The notes under the pieces are model-generated. The model saw only the letters and a program-made list of their open reading frames with translations, was not told the DNA's origin and did not search any database. The translations under genes and the position numbers were made by a program. Positions 1 through 9,740 of a stretch of 64,000 nt of DNA are shown here, one piece after another (position 1 is the first letter of the stretch; every line of letters begins with the position of its first letter). The stretch lies in the NCBI GenBank assembly GCA_913043225.1, contig CAJWLU010000001.1, forward strand, positions 32,001-96,000, read 5' to 3'. The stretch comes from an uncultured Acidobacteriota bacterium (GTDB taxonomy: Bacteria; Acidobacteriota; Vicinamibacteria; Vicinamibacterales; UBA8438).

Positions 1-2
1 AA

Positions 3-383
3 GCGCCCGACGACATCATCACCGGCGCCGAGCTCGAGATCGACCCGCTGTCGCCGGCAGGGCTGCAGGCCTCGGCCATGACCGACGCACAGCAGGAGAT
101 GCTGATGGACGTCATCGAGTCCTACACCTCGACGATGGCCAACGACATCGCCGCCGAGCGGGTCGCGCAGGTCAAGGAGAACTGGGACAGCATCGGGTTC
201 GCCTGGGCCGGAGGCATCGAGCGAGGGGACGGGCACTACTACCGGGTGCAGGGGCCGTCGTTCCTCATCGAGTACGACAGCACGCAGGGGGGCGGCAACC
301 ACGTCCACTCGGTATGGCGTGACTTCGAGAACGACTTCGGGCGCGACCTGCTCCGCGAGCACCTGGCCGCCAACGACCACTAA
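3..383 (+). CDS. DUF3500 domain protein, 3' part (5' end lies outside the window)
   Basis: Frame is open from base 3; C-terminal YYRVQGPSFLIEYD..QGGGNHVHSVWRD..NDFG is typical of DUF3500. Confidence 0.85.
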   Translation, partial: APDDIITGAELEIDPLSPAGLQASAMTDAQQEMLMDVIESYTSTMANDIAAERVAQVKENWDSIGFAWAGGIERGDGHYYRVQGPSFLIEYDSTQGGGNHVHSVWRDFENDFGRDLLREHLAANDH

Positions 384-386
384 ACG

Positions 387-415
387 AAAAGAGGGCCGGC
401 TCCCGCCGGCCCTCT
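387..415. terminator. Rho-independent terminator-like hairpin between convergent genes
   Basis: agagggccggc-tccc-gccggccctct, 11-bp stem; the AAAA at 387-390 forms a U-tract for the minus-strand transcript. Confidence 0.7.
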
Positions 416-446
416 CTCACCCTCCGAAACGAGACACCCGCAGGTC

Positions 447-1700
447 TCAAAACATCCCGAGCGTCTCGAACTTCCCACCCAGCACCTTCTCAGACTGCTG
501 GTAACCCAGGAACTCCTCAATCAGGCTCGCATAGACCCGCCGGAAGTCGGTGGTGTGCTGCAGGTTGTCACCAAGCACGAGATCGGTGAGGCTGGGCGGC
601 GTCCCGTACTGGCCGCCCTGCACCCCGCCGCCGACGGCGAACGACACGTTCGCCGTGCCGTGGTCGGTACCCAGGCTGGTGTTTTCCGGCACGCGACGGC
701 CGAACTCGCTGTGGATAAACACCGAGACGTCGTCCTGCTTGCCGATCCGCTTCATCTCCTCGAAGAACCCCCAGACCGCGTCCGAGCAGTACTGTACCTG
801 CCGGTCGAACGGGCTCTCCTGGTTGACGTGCGTATCGAACAGGCTGCCGCGGAGCCGCACGTAGTAGAGGCGCGCCGGGAAGTCGTTCTCGATGAGCGCC
901 ACCACCTTGTCGAGGTCGAGCAGTCGCAGGTCTGGGGTGCGGGTACGCGAGTAGTTCTGCCAGGCCTGCCGCACTAGCGCTGACGCTTCACGCGCGCTCT
1001 GGTTCACGTCGAGCAGAAATCGGTGCGTGTCGTTCTTGGCCGCCTGCCCGTTGCCGAGACGCCCCACCTGGGCCTGCTGCGGCTGAAACAGATCGCGCCG
1101 GAAGCCGGTGGGATCCTGGAAGACCACCGGCACGTGGTCGCGGGCCCGAACCGCCAGACTCTGGGTAGACGAGATGTTCACCAGATAGTTCGGCGTCCCA
1201 TCGGGGTCGAGAGCATCGGCGGTGCGTCCGTACCAGCCGTAGGGTTCGCCGCTGTTCGGAGCGCCCGTGTGCCAGTAGGAGCTGGACGCGAAGTGCGAGA
1301 ACGACGGCTGGTCATACCCGGCGCCATGGATGACGGCCACGTTACCCTCGTCCCAGAGCCGGTGCATGCCGAGCATCGAGCGGTGAAAGCCGAAGTGCTC
1401 GTCCGCCTTGATGACGTTCTGCTCGCGGACGCCCACATTCGGCCGCTGGCGATACAGCGCATCGTCGCCATACGGGACGAAGGTGCTCAGTCCGTCGTAG
1501 CCACCAAACCACTCGAACACCACGAGAATCTTGCCAGGGGTGGCGGCGAGCGCGGTCGAGGCCGCCGTAAACATCGGCGGCAACGGGCTGACGCCGCTCA
1601 GGATCCCCAGCCCGATGCCCTGGGCTCCGATCTTGAGCGCCTGCCGGCGCGAGACGCCGCTTTCGTCAATGAGCCGCTTTCCACGATTCGACAAAGTCAT
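447..1700 (-). CDS. DUF1501 domain protein, probable Tat export
   Basis: SRRQALK twin-arginine-like leader; GGYDGL, SFSHF, FDTHVNQ, SEFGRR and GTDHG motifs; follows DUF1800. Confidence 0.88.
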   Translation of the reverse strand: MTLSNRGKRLIDESGVSRRQALKIGAQGIGLGILSGVSPLPPMFTAASTALAATPGKILVVFEWFGGYDGLSTFVPYGDDALYRQRPNVGVREQNVIKADEHFGFHRSMLGMHRLWDEGNVAVIHGAGYDQPSFSHFASSSYWHTGAPNSGEPYGWYGRTADALDPDGTPNYLVNISSTQSLAVRARDHVPVVFQDPTGFRRDLFQPQQAQVGRLGNGQAAKNDTHRFLLDVNQSAREASALVRQAWQNYSRTRTPDLRLLDLDKVVALIENDFPARLYYVRLRGSLFDTHVNQESPFDRQVQYCSDAVWGFFEEMKRIGKQDDVSVFIHSEFGRRVPENTSLGTDHGTANVSFAVGGGVQGGQYGTPPSLTDLVLGDNLQHTTDFRRVYASLIEEFLGYQQSEKVLGGKFETLGMF

Positions 1701-1712
1701 GCGGTTGTCCTC

Positions 1713-3557
1713 TCAATCAATCTGGTATTCCGGCGTGCTCATGATCAGATGGGTGACCATCCGGAGCGGGTCTTCCAGATACGTCTCGGCGCGCACCAAG
1801 TCGTCGCTGGCCAGCTCGTCACCAAGGAACTCGATCAAGCCGGAGCGGAATTCGGTCGACACCGGCATCCGGAGGAATCGGCCAAGCAGATGGTCGACCG
1901 CCTCGGTCGTGGTGGTCGCTCCGGCGTCCAGCACCATCCGGGTCATGTCGATCCGGACCGCGCCACGTGGGGTCGGAATGAGCTTCTGCATGGCGGTGGC
2001 CCAGGCCCGATAGCCAGAGACCCGTGTGTTGAACAGCTCGTCTCGCTCGCGCGCCGCCATGTTGAAGGCAGTCTGCTCAGCGGTTGGATCGAGCGCGATG
2101 GCGGCGGTGAAGTTCTGCCCGCTCCTGAGGCGCTCGCCGATGATGGCATCGCCGCCACTCGACAGGAAGTTTGGGTCCTGGAACCCGACAACGTCAGGGA
2201 ACAGAACGTTGAACGCGACGTTGCCTCGCCGCTGCAGCAGGGCGGGCGTGATCCAGGCCTGCCCCTGCGCCCAGCCGGCCACCGACGGCGGGTTGAGCAG
2301 CTGCTGCCCCAGCCCGGTGGTCGTCCGGTTGAAGTCTGGCACGCCAGGCACGTCGTCGGCGTCCAGCTGGTTCAGCATGGTGATGACATGCTCGACCGGC
2401 CCCTTGATATGCGCGCCGTAAGAGGCCTCGCTATAGAAGTCGCGCGACAGGAAAATCGTGCTCAGTAAGGGCTGAAGCTCGTAGTCGGCGCCTCGGAAGA
2501 CCTCTCCGAGCGCGGCGACCAGCGCGTCGCTCGGATCGGCCCGAACGAAGAAACGGTAAAGTTTGGCCGCGATGTACTCAGCGGTGACCGGCTGATCGAG
2601 AATGATGCGCAACACGTCCACGCCGTCGAAGTGTCCAGTCTGCCCGAGAAACTCCTTCTCGCCGTCATCGTGCTGGTCGGCGTTGACCACGAAGTCGAGG
2701 TCAACGTAGTTCCACCCGGTGAACGCGCGGGCCGCCTCACGCACATCCCGCTCAGAATAGTTGCCGACGCCCATAGTGAAGAGCTCCATCACCTCGCGAG
2801 CAAAGTTCTCGTTGGCCGCGCCCTTCACGTTTACGCCGGCATCCAGGTAGTAGAGCATGCCGGGATCCTTCGCGACCGCTTCGACGAGATCGCCGAAGTT
2901 CCCCACAGCGTGCTGCTGGAAGAGTTCAACCTGGCCGAGGAGCTTCCGGTAGTCGCGTACCTTTCCTTCAGCAGTCGCGAAGTGCCCGTGCCAGAAGAGC
3001 GCCAGCTTCTCTTGCAAGGGGCGATTGGTGTCGAGCATCCGCTCCGCCCACCAATAGGCCACCCGACGGCTTTCGAGTTGTGACGCCCGGATCCAGTAGA
3101 AGAACCGGTCCGATACCGGTTGCATGTGGCGGTTGCCACCCTCCGGCTTCACCCGGATGCCCATGCTCTTCCCGGTCTCCTGCGCAAGCTCCGTGGCCGC
3201 GGGACGACTGGGCGGAAAGTCAGCGAGGGACTCATCGAAGAACCCGGAGTGCTCAAACGGCAGCAGGTGGTCATTGGCGACTCCGTCGAAGTCGACCAGC
3301 GATGCCACCGCATCGGCTGGTGTCATATCGACTAGACGCTGAATCTCGTCCGGTGTACCGCCGAAACCGGCTCGTCCAAGTAGATGCTCGGCCCGGTCGT
3401 AACTCCAGTCCGCCTCGGTGATGGGCGTCAGGTCTCCCACCCAGGACGCGGGGCCAGGTTGGTAGTCGTTCTCGTTAGCAACCACCGACGGAATGGTCAG
3501 CACAGGCGCCAGCAGCAGGATCAAGGCAGCGGCGAGCGGATGGCGTCGCTTCGTCAT
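1713..3557 (-). CDS. DUF1800 domain protein, secreted
   Basis: HLLGRAGFG, EKLALFWHGHFAT, NENFAREVMELFTMG motifs; start placed at ATG 3557 (GAGGA SD, TGATG overlap with the upstream ORF). Confidence 0.88.
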   Translation of the reverse strand: MTKRRHPLAAALILLLAPVLTIPSVVANENDYQPGPASWVGDLTPITEADWSYDRAEHLLGRAGFGGTPDEIQRLVDMTPADAVASLVDFDGVANDHLLPFEHSGFFDESLADFPPSRPAATELAQETGKSMGIRVKPEGGNRHMQPVSDRFFYWIRASQLESRRVAYWWAERMLDTNRPLQEKLALFWHGHFATAEGKVRDYRKLLGQVELFQQHAVGNFGDLVEAVAKDPGMLYYLDAGVNVKGAANENFAREVMELFTMGVGNYSERDVREAARAFTGWNYVDLDFVVNADQHDDGEKEFLGQTGHFDGVDVLRIILDQPVTAEYIAAKLYRFFVRADPSDALVAALGEVFRGADYELQPLLSTIFLSRDFYSEASYGAHIKGPVEHVITMLNQLDADDVPGVPDFNRTTTGLGQQLLNPPSVAGWAQGQAWITPALLQRRGNVAFNVLFPDVVGFQDPNFLSSGGDAIIGERLRSGQNFTAAIALDPTAEQTAFNMAARERDELFNTRVSGYRAWATAMQKLIPTPRGAVRIDMTRMVLDAGATTTTEAVDHLLGRFLRMPVSTEFRSGLIEFLGDELASDDLVRAETYLEDPLRMVTHLIMSTPEYQID

Positions 3558-3847
3558 CAGTAATCCTCGCAATCCTGACGTTTATACACCGACGCCGAGC
3601 CAACCGCTAGGTGTGGAGCTCCACCTCGACGCCGACCCCGGTGAGCTTCGTGTGAGTTGCAGTCACCCCCGCTCATCGCGAAGTCCTTCATAAGAGCCCA
3701 TGGCTCGTCGGACAAGAACCCCAACTCGGACAACTCGAACGCTGCGACACTGCCCCCACCGTCGACCGGACCGGCTGTATGGGCGGCGGCGCTGATGCCT
3801 GACACCACGAGGATTCCTGCGGCGACAGCGGTAGCCGATATCGGCAT
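3557..3847 (-). CDS. Small hypothetical protein (96 aa) with signal-peptide-like N-terminus
   Basis: Hydrophobic N-terminus ending AAA; its TGA overlaps the DUF1800 ATG (TGATG). Confidence 0.5.
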   Translation of the reverse strand: MPISATAVAAGILVVSGISAAAHTAGPVDGGGSVAAFELSELGFLSDEPWALMKDFAMSGGDCNSHEAHRGRRRGGAPHLAVGSASVYKRQDCEDY

Positions 3848-3952
3848 CGTGTCCCGCGTGCCAAGGCGCGGCAGCGCAGCAACCCTCGTGCGGCATCTAT
3901 GCTAGGGTCGTCCTCTTGCCCCCGCCAGTTCGGCCGACGGGGCTCGTGAGCC

Positions 3953-4873
3953 ATGGACCAGTCGACCCGCGCCCCCGTTTACGTTATTGGGAGCCTCAAC
4001 ACGGATTTGGTGGTGAAGACCGGCCAGCTACCTGCCCCGGGTCAGACGGTGCTGGGCGGCGACTTTTTCATGAGCCCGGGCGGCAAGGGAGGCAACCAGG
4101 CGGTCGCCGCCGCCAGGCTCGGCGCCAGCGTCTCGATGGTGGCCCGACTCGGCACCGACATCTTCGCCGACGCCGCTATGGCCAGCCTCGAACGCGATGG
4201 GCTGACATGCACCCACGTCAGCCGCGATCCTGACCGCCCGTCAGGGGTAGCCCTCATCAGCGTCGATGCAGCCGGGGAGAACCAAATCGTGGTGGCGCCA
4301 GGTGCCAACGCCGCGCTTAGCCCCGCCGACGTCGAACATGCCTGCGGCGAGCTACCGGCAGGGGCCCTTGTCCTCCTCCAGCTCGAGATCCCGATGGAGG
4401 CCGTCCAGCGAACGGTGGCTATTGCGGCCGAGCGCCACTGTCGCGTCATCCTCGACCCCGCGCCAGCGCCCGAAGGACCGCTACCAAGGGACCTCCTGGG
4501 TGGCGTCTATCTTCTGACCCCGAACGAAACCGAGGCGCAACGCCTGACCGGTCTGAAGGTAACCGATCAGGACTCTGCCCGGACCGCCGCCGGTGCCTTG
4601 ATCGATGCCGGCGCCGCCCACGTGGCGCTCACTCTGGGGCCAGCCGGCGTCTGTCTAGCACACCAGAACCAGACCACCTTCGTTCCGGCTCCACAGGTGA
4701 CAGCGGTAGATTCAACTGCCGCCGGCGACTGCTTTAATGGCGCTGTGGCGGCCGGATTGGCCAAAGGCCTCGACCTGATCGCCAGCGTCGAATTCGGCTG
4801 TCTGGCCGCCGCCATGTCGGTCACACGGCTGGGGGCGCAAGACGCCATGCCTTCGGCGGCCGATATCGCTTGA
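3953..4873 (+). CDS. rbsK: Ribokinase (PfkB family)
   Basis: GSLNTDLV, PGGKGGNQAVAAARLG, TPNETEA and DSTAAGDCF motifs. Confidence 0.93.
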   Translation: MDQSTRAPVYVIGSLNTDLVVKTGQLPAPGQTVLGGDFFMSPGGKGGNQAVAAARLGASVSMVARLGTDIFADAAMASLERDGLTCTHVSRDPDRPSGVALISVDAAGENQIVVAPGANAALSPADVEHACGELPAGALVLLQLEIPMEAVQRTVAIAAERHCRVILDPAPAPEGPLPRDLLGGVYLLTPNETEAQRLTGLKVTDQDSARTAAGALIDAGAAHVALTLGPAGVCLAHQNQTTFVPAPQVTAVDSTAAGDCFNGAVAAGLAKGLDLIASVEFGCLAAAMSVTRLGAQDAMPSAADIA

Positions 4874-5126
4874 GGCAGAGTTGCACGTCGACGGCGAGCT
4901 CATAGAGACCGCCCGCTGACCGACCGAGTACATGACCTGTCGGTTCTACCTATTTTGGCGCTCCGCACTCGACGAGGGGCGCCACAGGGCTGAAGCGCGG
5001 CTACTGAACCTAACGGAGTCGGCGCGCAATAGTGCTCTACGACGCCGAGACGGCGGCGAAATGAGCGGATGCGGCTGATTCTGGTACCATGTTCCAAGTA
5101 CGAAGTACGTTCTGAGGGAGGATCGA

Positions 5127-6605
5127 ATGCTAAAGGCGACGTTCCCCTACGCCGTGCTAGCGGTGCTTGCGTGGCCGACACTGGCCACCGGTCAATCAAT
5201 TGCCGGCGCAGACCCGCATCCGGAGGTCCACTACTACGACCTGGCCGACTTCGGCATCGCGCCGACCGACGTCACATTCGCCAAGGACATCGGCCCGATC
5301 CTGCAGCGCAGCTGCCAAAGCTGTCATCGTCCCAACGGCGGCGCGCCGATGTCACTCGTCACCTATCAGGAGGTAAGGCCGTGGGCGCGCTCCATCAAGC
5401 ACCGGACCGCCATCCGTGACCGGATGGGCGCAATGCCACCGTTCTATCTGGAGAAGGACATCGGCATCACCCGGTTCAAGGACGACACGTCACTCAGCGA
5501 CCTCGAGCTGGCCAAGATCCAGGCCTGGGTCGACAACGGCGCGCCGCTGGGTAACCAAGCGGATATGCCGCCGGCCCTCGAATTCACCGAAGCGGGTGAG
5601 TGGGCACTTGGCGAACCGGATCTGACCCTGAGGGGACCGGAGATCACGCTGCCCGCCATCGGACCCGACCGCTGGGGAGACATCGGACTCGTACCAACCG
5701 GTTTGACTGAGGATCGATATGTGAAGGCCGTCGAGGTACGGGAGGTCAACAACATCCCACCCGCCTCAGGCTCAGACACGGTCGGCGGACGCTACATCTT
5801 CCACCACATGACCTACTCGAGTGGAGTGCTGAACGAGGCCGGCACCGAGGTCCTCGACGACACGAGGATCCGCTGGCCCATCCACGAGGTGGGCCGGAAC
5901 CCGGACATCTTCGCGGAGAAATTCGGGACGCTGCTGCAGGCCAACTCGGCGCTGCATCTAGGCGCGAGTCATCTCCACTCGAACGGCATCCAGGAAACCA
6001 CTGGACATCTCGAATTCGGATTCCATTTCCATCCGAAAGGCTACGAGCCGGAGTATGGCGGTCGAGCACCAGTGCGGTTGGGGAACGGTAACGACATCGA
6101 CGTGATGCCCGGTCGGGCCGACCAGGAGTTCCACTCGTTCGAGGTACTCGAGCAGCACACGAAGATCATCGCCTTCGAACCGCACCTGCACGCCCCCGGG
6201 ACCCGCATGTGTATGGAGGCGATCTGGGGCGGCAACCACTTCACCTTGAACTGTGTCGGCTACGACCACAACTGGGTGAAGCAGTACGTCTACGAGGACG
6301 ACGCGGCACCGCTGCTGCCTAAGGGAACTATCCTGCACATCGTCGGCTTCCTCGACACCACCGCCGGCAACGAGAACCTTGCCGACAACCGTAACTGGGC
6401 AGGCGGGGGCCGTCGATCGGTTGCCAACATGTTCATCGACCTCGGCTACGCCGTGGAGCTGACCGAGAAGCAGTTCCAGGACGAGATGACCGAACGTCGA
6501 GCCGCCATGGAAAGCCGGAACGAATACGATGTGGGCTGCCCGCTCTGCTGGGCGCCGATTCCGACCGAGGAGACCGCCACCACGGACGGTGGGGACAGCC
6601 AGTGA
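5127..6605 (+). CDS. Secreted cytochrome c / copper type II (PHM/DBH-like) monooxygenase-domain protein
   Basis: GGAGG SD and signal peptide; CQSCH heme motif with MPP; FHHM, HLH, PHLH and distal NM; YDHNW motif. Confidence 0.75.
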   Translation: MLKATFPYAVLAVLAWPTLATGQSIAGADPHPEVHYYDLADFGIAPTDVTFAKDIGPILQRSCQSCHRPNGGAPMSLVTYQEVRPWARSIKHRTAIRDRMGAMPPFYLEKDIGITRFKDDTSLSDLELAKIQAWVDNGAPLGNQADMPPALEFTEAGEWALGEPDLTLRGPEITLPAIGPDRWGDIGLVPTGLTEDRYVKAVEVREVNNIPPASGSDTVGGRYIFHHMTYSSGVLNEAGTEVLDDTRIRWPIHEVGRNPDIFAEKFGTLLQANSALHLGASHLHSNGIQETTGHLEFGFHFHPKGYEPEYGGRAPVRLGNGNDIDVMPGRADQEFHSFEVLEQHTKIIAFEPHLHAPGTRMCMEAIWGGNHFTLNCVGYDHNWVKQYVYEDDAAPLLPKGTILHIVGFLDTTAGNENLADNRNWAGGGRRSVANMFIDLGYAVELTEKQFQDEMTERRAAMESRNEYDVGCPLCWAPIPTEETATTDGGDSQ

Positions 6606-7603
6606 CAGCCGGTCTGCGTCTGCGGCTCGGCCCTCTCGCCGCTCGGCTGACATCGGCCGCGCTAGCGCTGACGGCCGTACTCGCGTGCCCGGCCGCACTC
6701 GAGGCGCAGACCCGCTTCATGTTCCTGCGGGGCCAGAGCGTCCACCCGGCGTTCGAAGGATGGTGGCCCAACGAGGACGGCACCTACACGCTCTGGTTCG
6801 GCTACATGAACTCCAACTGGGAGGAACAGTTCGACATCCCGGTGGGGCCTGACAATTACTTCGCCTTGACCGAGGCTGGCGCGATGGACGACATCGAAGT
6901 CGACCGCATCGTCGCGTCAGACATCGATCGAGGCCAGCCCACCCATTTCTACCCGCGGCGCAACCCTTTCCTGTTCACGGTGGAAGTACCGGCAAACTTC
7001 GATGAAAAGGAACTAGTGTGGACGCTGACCTCGCACGGCACCCGAAACCGGGTCTACGCGTCGCTTCGACCCGACTACCGGATGGACACCCAGGTGATGT
7101 CGACCGAAGTCGGCGGTGCCTTCGGCAGTCTCGATGACCGGCTACGCGACAACCAGGCCCCGAATCTGAGTGTGGAGGGCACACTCCGTCGCACGGTAAG
7201 CGTCGGCGATCCGCTCACGCTCCGAGCCCACGCAGTAGATCCAGACAACTACCCTCCACGGGCTAACCGTGAGCCGCCCAAGACACTCGACGACCTCTAC
7301 AGCACACGGGGCGTCGGGTCGGTCGTAGTCTCCGGCGCACCAGGTCTACGGATGATGTGGACCGTGTATCGCGGGCCAGCACACCACGTCCGATTCAGCC
7401 CGGAACAGATGAAGGCCTGGATGGATACGCGGGTCTGGGGAAACTCCCCATGGTCACCGCCCTACATCCTGCCGGAAGTCCCCGGAGACAACACCTGGGT
7501 GGCGGACGTCACCTTCGCCGAGCCTGGCGAGTATGTCCTTCGCGCGGTGGCCAGCGACGGCTCGAACTTCAGCTACGAGAACCTTACGGTGGTCGTGGAG
7601 TAG
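6602..7603 (+). CDS. Secreted hypothetical protein with C-terminal Ig/PKD-like domain
   Basis: 4-bp overlap with the upstream gene; PAFEGWWPNEDGT..FGYMN.N and TFAEPGEYVLR; paralog of 25402-26289. Confidence 0.8.
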   Translation: MTAGLRLRLGPLAARLTSAALALTAVLACPAALEAQTRFMFLRGQSVHPAFEGWWPNEDGTYTLWFGYMNSNWEEQFDIPVGPDNYFALTEAGAMDDIEVDRIVASDIDRGQPTHFYPRRNPFLFTVEVPANFDEKELVWTLTSHGTRNRVYASLRPDYRMDTQVMSTEVGGAFGSLDDRLRDNQAPNLSVEGTLRRTVSVGDPLTLRAHAVDPDNYPPRANREPPKTLDDLYSTRGVGSVVVSGAPGLRMMWTVYRGPAHHVRFSPEQMKAWMDTRVWGNSPWSPPYILPEVPGDNTWVADVTFAEPGEYVLRAVASDGSNFSYENLTVVVE

Positions 7604-7681
7604 GCGCTAGTCACCTGCATCCGTCGAGCCTGTCTTCGCGCCTTCGAGGAACGCGATAATCTCTGGCCTTTCTGAAACGGT

Positions 7682-9151
7682 TCAGGGCGCCACCAGCTTG
7701 TAGACCCAGCCATTCCCCTTGGTCACGAGGTAGAGCTCGCCCTCAGAATCGACACCCACTCGCAGATCGACCCGATTGCCAGGCCCGTAGGTGTTCGGGA
7801 AACCGGCCACGTCCACCAGGTCTCGCTCCTGACCGTCAAACCTTAGGCGGATCTCGGTGATCTCGTTCAGCCCGTCCGGGTCAAGATTATCCGCATCGAT
7901 CGCCAGCAGCCGGCCGCGAGGGAACTCGGCAAACACGAACTTGCCCTGAAGCGCTGGAATCGCGCTCCCGCGGTAGACATAGCCACCACCCACCGCCGCG
8001 CCCTCATCGTGATCGTACTGCGCGACCGGATCCACCAGGTCAGCGTCAGATTCCTGCCGGGGATACACCGGCCCAGGGCCGCGCCCCACCGCGTAACCGC
8101 TGGAAAAGGTGCCTTCCCGGAGGCGCCAGCCGTAGTTGGCCCCGGCGCGCCCAAGATTGATCTCCTCCACCTGATTCTGCCCGATGTCACCGATAAACAT
8201 CGTGCCGTCGGTATCCCACGAGAAATGCTGGGGATGGCGCAGTCCGAAGGCCCAGATCTCTGGAGCCACACCGCTCTGGCCGACGAACGGATTGTCAGAG
8301 GGGATGCCATATCCTCGGCCACCCTCGCCACCGAGCGGGTCGATCCGAATGATGGCCGCCTGCGGTATCTCCAGCGACTGACCAAAGTCGCGCGGGTCGT
8401 GGGCGGCGCCGCCGTCACCCAGACAGACGTACAACATGCCGAAGTCGGGGGAGCCTGGCACGGCGTTCGGGTTGAAGGCCAGCGTGCCGATGTTGTGATT
8501 CGGCGCGAACTGGCCGATGCGGAACACCTCGCGAGAGGTGCCGCTGAACTCGTTTGCGGTCGGATCGGTAGCCGTAAACTCCAGAATCACGCTCTCGTGA
8601 CTCTCGGCATCGTCGTCGAGATAGTCCGCCACGCCGGTCGCCGACCCGGCGCTGTAGGCCGCATAGAATTTCCCGTAGCCGGGCGACCCCTCTTCGGCGA
8701 ACTGCGGATGGAACGTGACACTAACCAGGCCGGACTCATTCGGGAACATCGAGTCGTCGAAGCCGATGTCCATGGTGCGCATGTCCATGAACTCGGTCGG
8801 CGGCCGCCCACTTTCATCGACAATGTAGAGCACGCCCCGCAGGTCATTCACCACGAGCCGTCCCGACCCGTCTGGGATCGGTACCAGGTACTGCAACCGG
8901 GCATAGGCTGGATTGGTCGACGCCGACTCGCTGTTCGACTCGATCGTGCGAGGGAAGCGGACGAACTCTTCGACCCCGGCCACTAGGTCGCCCTTCTGGA
9001 TGGTCTCCGGAATTGGGTCGTCGAGCGGACGCGGTTGAGCCATTACTGCCGGCGCGAGGCTTACAGCGAACAGAGCGGACAGTGTGACAATAGCGATCTC
9101 TCTCAGGTAGCGCATCCAAACAGTATCGCCCAAGACGAGCGTCCTTCCCAC
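7682..9151 (-). CDS. PQQ-dependent sugar dehydrogenase (glucose/sorbosone DH family)
   Basis: NHNIG, LGDGG, IPSDNPF, EIWAFGLRHP, DIGQNQVEEIN and GANYGW motifs; alternative start at ATG 9115. Confidence 0.88.
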   Translation of the reverse strand: MGRTLVLGDTVWMRYLREIAIVTLSALFAVSLAPAVMAQPRPLDDPIPETIQKGDLVAGVEEFVRFPRTIESNSESASTNPAYARLQYLVPIPDGSGRLVVNDLRGVLYIVDESGRPPTEFMDMRTMDIGFDDSMFPNESGLVSVTFHPQFAEEGSPGYGKFYAAYSAGSATGVADYLDDDAESHESVILEFTATDPTANEFSGTSREVFRIGQFAPNHNIGTLAFNPNAVPGSPDFGMLYVCLGDGGAAHDPRDFGQSLEIPQAAIIRIDPLGGEGGRGYGIPSDNPFVGQSGVAPEIWAFGLRHPQHFSWDTDGTMFIGDIGQNQVEEINLGRAGANYGWRLREGTFSSGYAVGRGPGPVYPRQESDADLVDPVAQYDHDEGAAVGGGYVYRGSAIPALQGKFVFAEFPRGRLLAIDADNLDPDGLNEITEIRLRFDGQERDLVDVAGFPNTYGPGNRVDLRVGVDSEGELYLVTKGNGWVYKLVAP

Positions 9152-9170
9152 GATCCTCAGCCTGAAAACG

Positions 9171-9722
9171 CTACGACCTTGAGGTCACGTGGAAGGACCA
9201 CCAGGTGTCTGGCCGTGGGGTATCGAGCGCCGGCGGCGTCCCGCCGCCGCCCGGCTGCTGGGCCTGCACGGCCGGATTCTGCAACTTGCGCATACGCGCC
9301 GACCACACCCGATCGAGCATCGACTGGTCCATCTCGCGGTTCAGGAACACCGGGTAGACCACGCCATCGAGACGCAGTCGTCCGGAGTGATCCGTCTGCA
9401 CGCGCGGACACCAGTACTTGTCGTCGCCGAACGAACAGCTGATGAACAGCTCCCCCTCAGGCGTGGCCATGCAGTTCACGTTGACCGAGTGCGGGCGCAT
9501 CGTGATACTGACCTGAATCTGGCAGAGCGACACGGCGTTGGCGAAGCTCCAGTCGTTGATCGGTTCGTCATGGGAGTCTCCCAGCAAGACGAACCCGGGC
9601 GTGGTTTCGCATGGACAATTCACCGTCCATGCCAGCCCGCCGCCGAGCAATACGAGCACCAGGGTAGCGCCCACGCCTAGCAGCGCCTTCTTCAACGTTG
9701 ACTGACCTTGGTCTGCACTCAT
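9171..9722 (-). CDS. Hypothetical membrane-anchored protein
   Basis: AGGAGG SD, one N-terminal TM helix, several Cys; sits within a co-oriented run of genes. Confidence 0.75.
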   Translation of the reverse strand: MSADQGQSTLKKALLGVGATLVLVLLGGGLAWTVNCPCETTPGFVLLGDSHDEPINDWSFANAVSLCQIQVSITMRPHSVNVNCMATPEGELFISCSFGDDKYWCPRVQTDHSGRLRLDGVVYPVFLNREMDQSMLDRVWSARMRKLQNPAVQAQQPGGGGTPPALDTPRPDTWWSFHVTSRS

Positions 9723-9740
9723 TGCTTCTGTCCTCCTGAG

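Noticed and set aside
1023..2468. Long antisense and alternate-frame ORFs (e.g. 1023-2468, 8009-8986, 17774-18799, 30219-31283, 48941-50113, 61844-62980)
   Set aside because: Shadow ORFs expected opposite high-GC3 genes; Arg/Pro/Gly-rich and without motifs.
3575..3601. Peptide GSASVYKRQ resembles the translated Nextera adapter (SSAASDVYKRQ)
   Set aside because: The DNA (TCGGCGTCGGTGTATAAACGTCAG) does not contain the AGATGTGTATAAGAGACAG mosaic end; treated as coincidence.
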